From the NCBI GenBank assembly GCA_025603075.1, contig MU626274.1, forward strand, positions 62,001 through 126,000: DNA of 64,000 nt, written 5' to 3'. This stretch comes from Neoconidiobolus thromboides FSU 785 (lineage: Eukaryota > Fungi > Entomophthoromycota). Positions within the stretch are counted from its first letter, which is position 1; each line of letters opens with the position of its first letter. Position numbers and translations under genes: made by a program. The notes beneath the pieces were generated by a model that saw only the letters and a program-made list of their open reading frames with translations, searched no databases and was not told the origin of the DNA. Below, piece after piece: positions 52,917 to 64,000 of the stretch.

Positions 52917-55900
52917 ATGTTTAATTACTGTATTCAATTTATCTTATCTGATCATAAAATTAAAGAGAATTTTATTGTTTAAGTTTGTTTCCTGGAAGAA
53001 GAAAGATTCCAAATATGAGGTGGTAGTGTGGTTTGGATCAGCAACAATAGCTAGCAATTGTCCAAAAATTTACTCTGGTAATATCAGTAACAATAATGTC
53101 TACGACAACCCTGACACTTTTTCGGGTTGTGATGGAAACATTGTTTTTTACTATTTATCTCTTAATTCTACTAAACCAATAGCATGCACCGAAAGAGAAA
53201 AGGTTTTTCGAGTTTCTGAGCCTAAAAGAACTAATTTTGGTTTAATTAATTTTATAGACACTGATTTTGAAGCTAGAACTGCCACTGATTGTTGTATGAA
53301 AGCTATTAATATCAAACAAGATCTCGTTCATGGTTGGAGTGGTAATAATCAAGATAGTAATAATCAAGATAATAATAATCAAGATAATAATAATCAAGAT
53401 AGTAATAATCAAGATAGTAATAATCAAGGATCTGTTGAAGTACTTAATAAATTAAGAAATTATTTTAGCGACCCTAACCACTGCCAATAGATGACCACCT
53501 TTATGAGTAGTGGTAATATTTACACTCCCATGTTTGTTGGATCTATGATTCAAAATAATGGTCCCAGATCAATTATCATTCAATATCTTAAAAGCAATGT
53601 CCAATCTTCGAATGTTGAAGATTCCCAATATGTTCAATATGTCGATGCTACTAGAGACCCGGCTAGAACTGTGGGCCTTATCTTAGATACCACTAACGAT
53701 CAAGCTAATGCCAAGAATACTATTGAAAGATGGAATATGGGTAAATCAGCAGGATCCAGTAACAAGGAAGTCTGGAAAGGTGGAGATCTTTGGTTTTCTG
53801 ACTGGAATAATAGAAAGAATGGTAATGGTGGCCAAGACCCTAATCTTAATGGTCGAAAATACAAAATAGTTAAAGCTGGCAGCGATCCCGCAGGAGATGT
53901 AGCAACTAAATTTGGAGTTACCAGAGATACATTGGTCTTATACAATCCAAAGGTAAACTTCTCTACTCTTCAGCCTGGATTAACCTTGTGTTGTAGTTTT
54001 GGAGCTTCTCCTGATTTTAGGCCTAAACGCAATTAGGACGATAGTTGCCATACACACACTATTCAAAATGGTGAAGGTTGTTCCACTGTTCTGGCTAAAT
54101 ATCATCCAATGGGTAAATAGGAGTTAATGACAATCAATAAGAAAACTTACGGATGGATGGGATGTCAAAATTGCCATCCATAGATTAATGCTATTATATG
54201 TGTTAGTGATAGAAGTGCTGCTAAACCTATCCCTAATTCATTAGCTGAGTGTAGCCCTTTAGTTCATGGGGTAAATACAACACCGAATGTCCTCTTAAAG
54301 CATGTTGTAGTAAAAATGGATTATATGGATTATCTAAAGAGTTCTGTGAGAAAAAGGAATCTCTTAATGGAGCTTCTGGCACCACTGGATGTCATACCAA
54401 CTGTGGTGAAATTAAAATGGTTGTTAATCCAAGTAAAACATCTAAATTTATGAAGATTGGATGTTACGAAAGTTGGAATCAAGGATGGACTTGTCTAAAC
54501 AGTGACATGTCAGAACTTGATTTAACTGATTACACACATATTCATTATGATTTTGGAAATTTTGATTCCAATAATAACGTAGCGTTTGATTCATATGCAT
54601 CATCTCAAAACTTTAAGAAGTTAAAAGAGGTTAAAAAGATCCTCTCTCTAGGCGGCTAGGGTATTAGTACTAAACCTAGTACTTATAACGACATGGATAG
54701 AATGGCAAAAAACTATAGAGAATCTGTAAATAAAGTAACTAGTTTTGTAATTCAAAATGGTTTAGATGGAATAGATATAAACTGGGAATATCCCGAAGCA
54801 CAAGACATCCCTAATACCCCTCCAGGAAGTAAGGAAGATGGAATGAATTATTTGACTTTCTTGAAAGCTTTAAAAGAAGTCTTACCAAAAGAGAAGTCTA
54901 TAGCCATTGCCATTCCAGCAAGCTGTTGTTATCTTAAAGCTTTTCCTGTTGGGAAGATGTCTCGGGTCGTTGATTATTTTGTATTTATGACTTATGATCT
55001 TCATAAACAATGTGGTTTTAATAACATTTGGACTAGAGGGTTTCTTAAGAGTCACGCAAATAAAAGAGAAATCAAGGACATGCTCTCTTTTTTAACTCAT
55101 GGTGGTGCTGATAGCAACAAAGCGGTAATGAGAGTAGATAACTATGGGAGAAGTTTCGGAATGAAGGACCGTGGATATTGACAACCTAACGGGGTCTGTG
55201 GATTTACAGGACCTAATAGTGGTGCAGAACCAAGTAAATCTACAAGACCTCAGGCTATCTTGCTATAGGAGAGATAAACGAAACAAAGTTTAATGGTGGA
55301 CAAGTTATGTATGATTTTGATAGTGGCAGTAATATCGTGGTATAGGGTAATAATTCGATAGCTTATACAGATAATACTATAAACTCAAAAGGAGAAGTAG
55401 TGTATAGAGATTAATGTCATATGGAGGCACAGTTGAATAGGCTATAGATTTGAAGCCTTCTGTTCATAAATCAAAATGTGATATGTCTAAAATAAAAAAT
55501 TTAGATAATATCTTTTCAGCTTTGTGTAGCAAAAAAGACATGGCTTATGAATTAGGCCAGGTAGTATTTGCATTTAAATAGAGATGGAATAGATACCTGG
55601 AAGATAGAGTTAAAGATCATACTTCAGAAATAGATGAGTTTATAGTTAGAGCTGTTTAACTTGCAGAAAACTATAAAGAAACTGCCAAAGATCATAATAA
55701 ACTAAGTCTTATGTTTGTATGTTCCAAGAGATATTACTAAATTATGACCATGTTCGCCTCAGATTAGTAGCTAGAGAACGGATTCCTTTAACGCCTATTG
55801 GTTTCGAAGCTGCAGAAATAGCTAAAGATACAGCCATAGGAATCGAAGCAGGTATAGTTATACCAGAACCTGGGTTATAGATGAAGCAGCTTTATTATTT

Positions 55901-57095
55901 ACTGCCATACCTATAGTTGCTTCTATCGTTGTAGTTGCTGTAGCGGTTATGTCAGAAACAGCGCTTAAGCTTAGTTATTAGAGATGCTCAAGCTAATAGA
56001 GAATAAGGAGGTACAATTAGAGATATATTTGTTAACCCATCAAGAAATGTTAAACCTATTGTTGAGAGTATGAATCATATAGGCATTGATAGTGAAGAAG
56101 ATAATATAGAAGAAATTTGCGAAAAATCTAAATCCAAACCATTAAATACCCTAATTCCTATGTATATTATTAAGTCTCCTCACATATAGTTTACCCAAGC
56201 CGCAGGTTCAGGAAATAAATGTGATCAACAATTGGATAATATAGCTTATAATAATAATCAAGCCCGAGATATTACTATAAGATTAACAGATAGAGCTACT
56301 AATAAAGGGCTACCAGTGTATTGGGTAGGAGAGAGGGCAAATAGAGATGATGAAGATGATGATTCAGAGAGGCGTAATGCTTTATGATGGTTTCTGGCTC
56401 AAGCCAAGAGGTTTGGATCTAATTTTATTATAAGCACTTTTAATATTTTTCATAGAAGATACGATCTTGAAATTTATGGTAAAATTTATACCCAGGGTAA
56501 TATCCCTAAGCTAATGTATAACTGTGATAGATAAGAATTTCCTCAAGCTGATTTTGAAGAAGGGATCAAAGGGAATAATCCTCCTTCAGCAGAAGATAGT
56601 GGTATACCAGGGTTAAGATATTTCATTGGAATAGTGGCATGGTTAAGGGGGAACAATTGAAGAGAAGGCTCATACGCTTTGCAATTCTATAATGGAAAAG
56701 GACGCTATAAATATTACAATGATCATCTCTTCGGTTCTAACTCCGGACCTAAACAAAAGATATTAAAAGGGAATCCAAATGTTAAAGGAAGAGGAAGTAC
56801 TTTCAAGCAAAAGATTTATGGTCTTCCTCGTTTGAAAGATAAATGTGGGATGATATTCCTGATTCAGAGATCGAAAGATGTTTAGAAATTCCCAAAAGCT
56901 GGCCTGCATATGAAAGTGTAGATTATAAAGGCGGAAGGTATAATTACTACTTTGATGAAGATTTCTCTAGACTTTGACAATAATATTCAAAAAAAAGGTT
57001 CCTATAAGTGGTATCTAACTAAGATCATAAATATATATTTAAAAAATAAAATTATTATTATTAACAGAGGTGGTTCAAAATATAGACGCCTTTAA
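52917..57095 (+). pseudogene. Zymocin-alpha-like (subgroup C) killer-toxin chitinase: LysM x2, hevein-like CBM18, GH18 and a long C-terminal extension
   Basis: LysM (YKIVKAGS...FSTLQPGLTLCCS; CHTHTIQNGEGC), CPLKACCSK, KKILSLGG*, LDGIDINWEYP, YFVFMTYDLH and GGTVE*AIDL; conserved Trp codons appear as TAG; many stops and frameshifts. Confidence 0.9.
53344..53430 (+). repeat. 15-bp tandem repeat x6 encoding NNQD(S/N)
   Basis: (aataatcaagat a[g/a]t)n read directly from the sequence. Confidence 0.95.
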
Positions 57096-57326
57096 TAAAA
57101 GTTTTATTAGAATATTGAAGGCTTTTTAGTTTAAGTTTTTTCATTTTACTTTATAAGATTATGATAATTGTTTTTATAATTTTATGAAGTAGCCTTTTGT
57201 AATATAGCATAAATTCCTCTTAGGTTAATATAGTATAGTTTTTACAAATATAAAGCTATTGCTCATTAAAAATAGATACAAGAAGCTGACAGTTTAAAAG
57301 TATTGATAAAAACAGACAAAAAATAT

Positions 57327-57417
57327 GGGGATGTATTTTCGTGTTTAGGAATTTTACAAATTTTCCACTCAAATAGCGCTTAAAAAATGGAAGTAATGAA
57401 GTCAAAAAAAATACCCC
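57327..57417. mobile_element. MITE copy at the right flank of the viral insert
   Basis: atat|ggggatgtat...atacccc|atat; same orientation as the copy at 42461. Confidence 0.85.
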
Positions 57418-58321
57418 ATATGTAAAATCCATAATAATTAATGAAGTGATTATGCAGTTATACGATTACAGCTAAAAAGTATAGTAAATGTTAAATTATA
57501 ATATTATAATTTGACAAAAACTGTTAACCAAAACTGCTGTTTAAACGATAGTAATTATATTAAAGTATAATAAAATCTTAAAGTGTACAGATTCGAAATG
57601 TTCCAATAGAAATTCATGCCAATAAAAAACTACTAATTTTTAGTTGCAGCAGTAATTTTTTTAATTGTGAAAATAGAGTATTTTAACATAAATCCTATAA
57701 TGATGTTACAACTAGTAACTTTCATTTTTTAATATGCACATAATTTTCATTGGAGCATTTCGAGTGACTTATATACTTACCCAAAATGGTAATGTTTATT
57801 TTGAAGTATTATTATAGCCTTCAATACTAGAAAAAATTAAATGCTTAAAGGCAAAACTAAAGATTTAAATTCTAAGTTTGAATAATCAAATGAATATCAA
57901 ATGTTGTTGTAATTAAGATCTGATAATATAAAATAGTTATAATTTCTTTTACTAAAGTTTAAAGGAGTTTTCGTATTTACAATTTTTTCACCAAAAGATT
58001 TATAAACATTCTATAAAAAATTACTTTAAAAATATGAACTTTAAAAATATTTTTGTAAAAAACGTGTCACATAAAAAGTAGAAATAAAATAATCAAGTGA
58101 TATATTAATATTGAGATAAGCATTTCAGATAGAGGTTGCTCATTTATAAAGAATAAAACTGTCTATCTATTTTTATAATTATTCAAGTTGAAAACATGAA
58201 ATTACACCAAATATAGATGATATATATCTAAACTCTAATGAAACATCATACGTAATACATTAATGAGTGATTTTTATTATCAATAAAAAGTAAGACATAA
58301 TTTTAAGAACCAAACAGAATT

Positions 58322-60055
58322 TTAAGCACCAAGCAAATTTAAAGCATACCTACTTGAATCATTGTCCCCCGTTGTCGAACTTGTATAAGCTAGTGTAAAC
58401 TGTCGAGGATGCCATGCTAACGAATAAGGTGCTTGGGATCCAGAAACTTCATGAATGATATCACTGGCTGAAATATCATACTAAGAATAAAGCATTTAAT
58501 TAGAATGAAATATTAACTAAAATAAAATAGAGTACCAAGGCAATTTCGGTATTTTGGCATGCAAAGGCAAGTAGTTTTCCACAATGACTAAAACTTAAAT
58601 TCTTAACTGGATAGCTAATCAAAATTTAATATAATTTTTAATAATAGGTATAAATAATTACGAGCCATAAAATAAAGAGCCTGTACATATCATATTTTGT
58701 ATATCCCAAATACAGATATTACCATCTACACATCCAACGGCAAGATGTCTAAAGTAAAAGTCAATATAAAAATTATATTAATTAATCCTAGTCTATTACT
58801 TTCCAAACTGATCAATTTCAAGGCTAGTGATTATTGAGTTGGCAGCGGGTAGAGTATATACGAATTGTAAATTAGGGAAAGAATGAATACTAATATAACC
58901 TTGAACAGTTGCAATCAACAAAAAATTCCCATTATGATTCCATCGAAGTCTGGTTATCTATGTATATAAATTAAAAATCAACTTTAAATTTCGAAATTAT
59001 ATTTACATGTGATTTATGTGTAAATTCTTTTTCTATTTTACTCTTTTCAACATCAATAAATGCAACTGTTCCATCCTAAAAAAATGAATTAGAACCATAG
59101 GTTTATAGAAACTGTGACTTTACTTTAGCTGCAATTGCAATCATATCTTGGATTGGACACCATGCCATATCGATCCCATCAAACGAAATTTTAACTAGTT
59201 TAACTACTTCGCTATCTTAACGATATTAATTTATAGTAAATAAAATAGTAGACTTATTACTCTGAGTATTCCACACCCTTAAAGTTTTGTCATTAGATAA
59301 AGTGGCAAGTCTATGTTGGTTATTCAAGTCCCATGCCATTAATTCAACACCATGACTTAATCCTTTTAACTCTTTAGCGTAACTTAGTCCAGACTATACA
59401 TTCAATCAATAAGCGAATAAATAAAAAATAAAAATAATATCACTGTGCCAGTTGACTCCCATAATAAAAGTGTTTTATCACGAGAATAAGTTGCCAAAAA
59501 GGTACCATTGTAATTCCAAGCTACTTTTTCGATTACATCTCTATGTCTATTGAGACTTTGTCTATTTGATGTTCCAAAATTTGGAAAATCAAATTTGGAA
59601 CTAAAACTATACTGCTGTTGACTCCTCAAATAGCTATAATGATTTGCTTCATCATAATAAACATAATCGTTATTTAAATTAAATACTATTTCGCTTGTTG
59701 GTCCTGACTCATTTATTTCTTCTTTAATGTCCTGATTTTCTAAACTATTCTCTGTATTGGCTTGTTGGTTTGTAAAATCACCATAGATTGTGTTGTTGTT
59801 ATATTCTGGTACATAATAAGTATCAGCTATACTCTGTGGTAAATTTATGGCATACTGGTGATTCAAAGCATTAGCTATACCATTGACATAACCTCCATTA
59901 ACCCCATTTCGCTGTGTTCCATTAATATCTATAATCCCATTTGCATGCCCATTTGCGTTACTTTGTGCGTCTCCGCTTCGATTATTACTAAAGCTATTGG
60001 AATCAGCATTATGATATGGATTGTCAGGTATGATATACGTGCTATTGTTTGGCAT
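58322..60055 (-). CDS. THOC3: THO/TREX complex WD40 subunit THOC3 (Tex1), multi-exon, with an N/G-rich N-terminal extension
   Basis: HRDVIEKVAWNYNGTFLATYSRDKT, LSNDKTLRVW, AVGCADGNICIWD, PVKNLSFSHCGKLLA and SLAWHPR are collinear with the recalled THOC3 sequence. Confidence 0.8.
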
Positions 60056-60253
60056 TTTATTTTATTTTTCAAACCTAATTACAATAAAAAACACTTACAA
60101 AATAAAGTTGTTTAACAAATGGAAACTGAAAATAGTATTCCAATTTACTATAGTTTGATTGGAAGATATCACAACAGTTGTTTTAATTGGTCCCACCCTA
60201 CTTTACTAAATTTACTGAAGCTGTTTTTAATTTTTTAAATTTATTTACATAAA

Positions 60254-61063
60254 ATGGATTCAACTACAATCAAACAAGAAGTCGAAGATGAAATTATACG
60301 CGAAATGGATATATATATTAATTCAGATCTCAATGAGTGTTTAAGCTTATTTCAATTTCCAACTATGAACGAAGAGAGTGGACAATCTTTATTTCCAATA
60401 GAAACTAAAATAAAACCAAACAGTGGTTTGGTAGAATTAGAGCTAAAAATTGACACTAATCTTAGTACTTATAATTTTGCAAGAGGAAGAGAATTAGGAG
60501 TAGGATTAGATGAAAAATCCGCGGAGACTGATGATATGATGCATCATATCACCAAACCAGAAGGACAACTTTATGATCGACACTCATTATCAGGAAAATT
60601 AACACCAATCAATGCCCGAAGTTTAGTAGGGGCTATTAAGGATAATAGCCTACATCTTACTTTGATTGATAAATCAGCTTCTTTTTCACCCAATTTCAAA
60701 GCTTTGGATAACATGAAGCAAAAGTTGAAGGAAGTTCATAATGAAAAGGTAAATGATGGCAAGGGAACTGGAGTAGCAAAGGCCGTTCAATTACAATTAA
60801 TCAATCAAAACAACTTAGGGGAAGAAAGAAAGAGAAGCGTGATTGACCAGTTCAGAGAAAGAAATGAAGAGAGTTGGAAAAGAATCCTTTATTTTAATAA
60901 GGATTCAGAAGAGAGTGATAAATTGTTTCAAAGACTTTTTAACCAGAGCGAGAATGTCATAGAGTTCAACTCGAACAAAATGGACTATTTAAACGCTATT
61001 TCAGCTATGAAGGTTGATAATAGTATACCAGATAATAAACAAAGTGATGCTGATATCGAATAA
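60254..61063 (+). CDS. RNA polymerase III subunit RPC5/Rpc37 (Sin-N domain)
   Basis: EDEIIREMDIYINSDL...LSLFQFP and LVGAIKDNSLHLT. Confidence 0.8.
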   Translation: MDSTTIKQEVEDEIIREMDIYINSDLNECLSLFQFPTMNEESGQSLFPIETKIKPNSGLVELELKIDTNLSTYNFARGRELGVGLDEKSAETDDMMHHITKPEGQLYDRHSLSGKLTPINARSLVGAIKDNSLHLTLIDKSASFSPNFKALDNMKQKLKEVHNEKVNDGKGTGVAKAVQLQLINQNNLGEERKRSVIDQFRERNEESWKRILYFNKDSEESDKLFQRLFNQSENVIEFNSNKMDYLNAISAMKVDNSIPDNKQSDADIE

Positions 61064-61520
61064 AAGAGGTCATAAGTTATATGGGAATAAAGTTGATAGA
61101 ATATTGCTACATTTATGATTTCGCCTTATATTTTGTTTAAATATTTAAATAAAATCAAGTATAGTAGTGTAATTTTCTTGTAAAATTCTTGTTAATACTT
61201 ACATAATTGAGCTTTCTTTGGGAATAAGCTTTTTATCCATCCATTTCTATACTCATTAAAGCAAATAATTAAAAACTATATAAGATATAAAAAAAGAGGT
61301 TTATTATAGAAAATTTTTAAGATTTTTTTATCTCATAATATGGTCAAATAATTACAGTTTAAACTGATTTTATTTTACACTAAAATCTTAAAAAATAGCA
61401 ACCAAATTCGTCCCTTCAAAATACGCAATACTTCTTCCGTTTTTGCACTGCTGTTGCAATTTTTAATAAGCTAAAAAAGACAAATTCAAACCTTAATTCT
61501 GTATTTTTTTCAAAAGATTC

Positions 61521-63442
61521 ATGATGCAAAATCAAGGTGGAGGTTTTAACACATCTGGCTTTGGAGCTCAAAACGTGAGTAAACCAACAACGATTAATAC
61601 GTTTGGCCAATCAAGTACTCAAAATAAGCCTACTTTGTCTTTGACCGGGAATAATAGTGGCTCTGCTTTTGGTGCATCTACTCAACAGGGAGGTAGTTTG
61701 TTTGGAGGCACTTCTACTAGTACTCAACAAAGCGGTAATCTTTTTGGGAGCGCTTCAAGCAATACTCAGCAAGGAGGTAGCTTATTTGGAAATACTTCTG
61801 CTACCGCACAACAGGGTAGTAATTTGTTTGGAAGTGCCTCAAATACTACCCAACAAAATAGTGGTTTATTTGGAAATACTTCAACTACTTCTCAGCAAGG
61901 AGCTGGTTTATTTGGGAATACTTCAGTTACTAACCAAACAGTCAACAACTTAGGCGGCTTTGGTCAAAAGAATGGATTATCTATAAATACAGCTACTACC
62001 CAAGCTGGAGCTTTCGGTTCTTCGTTATCTCAACCAAATACTGCGTTATTTCCAAATAATACATTAAATGCTAAGAGTACCGCGATTGCTACACAAGGTA
62101 TGAATGATTATGAATTTTGTTTTTTTAAAATTAATTACTTTAGGATTCAATTTTAATCTTCAGAAGAGTGGTACAGGATTCGGAACTATTACCCAACCAA
62201 GTACCAGCTTTAATACCAATTTACAGCAATCTCAGGGGCAATTTAATCCCAATGCAAAACAATATTTAACTGGAGGAGAAGGTGCAATTCAATTGAATGC
62301 TACTAACTTATTAAATCCTAATCGACAAGAAGATGCTAATGGATTTGTAATAAACAGTGGACTTTTTGATGAAAATAGTAAAGAAATTCCAGCTCGATTA
62401 GTTACTGGTGGTAGTAAACCTGTTATAATATTACCTGTAAAAGATCAGGATGGTAATTATAATACTGAAAAAGGACCATTTTTATTTAAAAGACCAAACA
62501 CTGGATTAGAAAGTAAAACATTTTAGCTTATATTTAAACCAACATTAATTTTATTTAGATTATAGATCTGAATTCACTAACAATACAGTCACTACTTTAA
62601 ATCAAACTAGCTCTATAAACCAAGCTCCACCTCAACATCAATCTGTGCCCTTCGGAGACATCCGAGTGGACGTAAGTAAAGACAAAGAGATAGCTGAAAG
62701 CAAAGAAAAGGAGAAACAAAAAGAAAAGGAAGAAGAAAAGGAAAAGCAAAAAGATATACATATAAAGGACGCTTCGTTGAGATCATTTTTAACATATATT
62801 GATCCATTTAAAGACCATGGCACAAAAATGGCAAATGATAGAATGTATGTCGATCCTAGATCTTTAGATCCAACTTTTGATATGACAAAATTATTGTTTT
62901 TTAATGGAAATAAAGAGGTAAAACGAGAAGTAGCTCAAAAATATTCTAGAGTCACTCCAGAACAAAGTGAAGACTACGATATTTTAATTACACCTGATAT
63001 CCAATGTATGACCGAAAATGAATTAAAAAGTGTAAATAATTTAAGGATTACTATTCGTAATACAATTGATATAGACTTTTATATGCCTGTTGATCTATCA
63101 GAGTACCATGGAATGGATTTAGAATCTAAATTACTACAACTTGTTAATGTACACCGCCTTGATTTTAAGTTATATCCAGATCACGTTCGCCCTGAATTCG
63201 GTAAAGGAATCAATGTACCTTGTAAAGTAACAGTGCAAAGCAGCTGGAACTATTATAAATTTATTCATAATCTTAGCAATGCCAAATATGACGATTGTTT
63301 GAAATTCGTCGAAGGAGTATTAAAGCAAAAAGAAGATTGCCATTTTATAAAGTATGATTTTGATAGAGATCAATGGATCTTTATGTATGCCACGGGAGAC
63401 TATTATAAAGGTATAAAGACAGCGGACTACTATAAGATATAA
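61521..63442 (+). CDS. FG-repeat nucleoporin of the Nup98/Nup100/Nup116 type, multi-exon
   Basis: GxLFG repeats; C-terminal Nucleoporin2/S59-like domain (RPEFGKGINVPCKVTV...HFIKYDFDRDQWIF). Confidence 0.8.
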
Positions 63443-63511
63443 AGGTAAAAATAATAAAAATAACAACAAAATAAAAGTGAGCAATATGTTTTATTGAAAA
63501 TTATTTTTAAC

Positions 63512-64000
63512 TTATATTGAACATATTTTTGTATAATTTTGAGATAATAATTTCTCATAAATCAATTTGAATTGATTTAAATTACAGTAAACGGGACAGT
63601 TTGGAAGTTGGATTACCTTTTCATTTAATAAAAATCTTAATTCAAAATCACCTTTACATTGATAGACCTCAATATGAATATTACCTGCAAAGGGTGCAAT
63701 GTCACTTGTTTTGAATTCACGTTGTTGAATTTGGTCTAAATTTAAATCTGATGTTAAGGTTATATTATCTTTAAATAGACTCTAAGAGATTATGAATATT
63801 AAATACAACATAATTATAACGATACTCACCAAAGCACTAACAAAGAATAAAATAGTTTCACTATGGGTGAATGAAAGCGTGGTAACTTTATCTAATTGAA
63901 TTTGATCTAATAAAAACTTAATCAAATCTACTGCCAAATACATGTTAATTTCATTTCCATAACTATAGTTATAATAATCCATTAAATCAAAATAATAGCT
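63512..64000 (-). CDS. Histidine acid phosphatase/phytase (MINPP1-like), 3' part
   Basis: SFTHSETILFFVSAL, intron, then SLFKD...SDIAPFAGNIHIEVYQC...RFLLNEKVIQLPNC..C; truncated by the window edge. Confidence 0.7.

Larger units (their letters stand above)
42600..57100. mobile_element. Decaying endogenous giant-virus-like (Nucleocytoviricota-related) segment with an adjacent killer-toxin-type chitinase
   Basis: Gene-dense, no introns seen, MITE-free 14.5 kb block with RPB2, AEP primase, SSB-like, UDG-like and early-TF-like relics; many nonsense and frameshift lesions; boundaries approximate. Confidence 0.8.

Noticed and set aside
42600-57100. Terminal inverted repeats of the viral insert (Polinton or linear-plasmid style)
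   Set aside because: No matching inverted ends or TSD were found by eye at the inferred boundaries.

Overview
Eukaryotic, very AT-rich genomic DNA with short (~45-55 nt) GT-AG introns. It is most consistent with an early-diverging fungus; an entomophthoralean such as Conidiobolus/Neoconidiobolus is a guess from style only. Layout: (1) 2-31 kb: nine paralogous intronless class-A-like 7TM receptor genes/pseudogenes in two convergent arrays around a housekeeping island (tRNA-Thr, tRNA-Asp, ITFG2, a C/D snoRNA, metaxin, tRNA-Arg). (2) 33-39.6 kb: five small Cys-rich secreted-protein paralogs and one orphan secreted protein. (3) uL30m and an Aurora kinase. (4) ~42.6-57.1 kb: a gene-dense, apparently intronless, decaying insert with giant-virus (Nucleocytoviricota)-like genes: a compact RPB2, AEP primase, OB-fold SSB-like, catalytically altered UDG, early-transcription-factor-like and several ORFans. 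It sits directly next to a zymocin-alpha-like LysM/GH18 killer-toxin chitinase pseudogene. (5) THOC3, RPC5, an FG nucleoporin and the 3' end of a histidine acid phosphatase. A ~100 bp MITE with a 4-bp TSD occurs about 14 times full-length. All family calls come from manual translation and recalled consensus motifs; no database searches were run.
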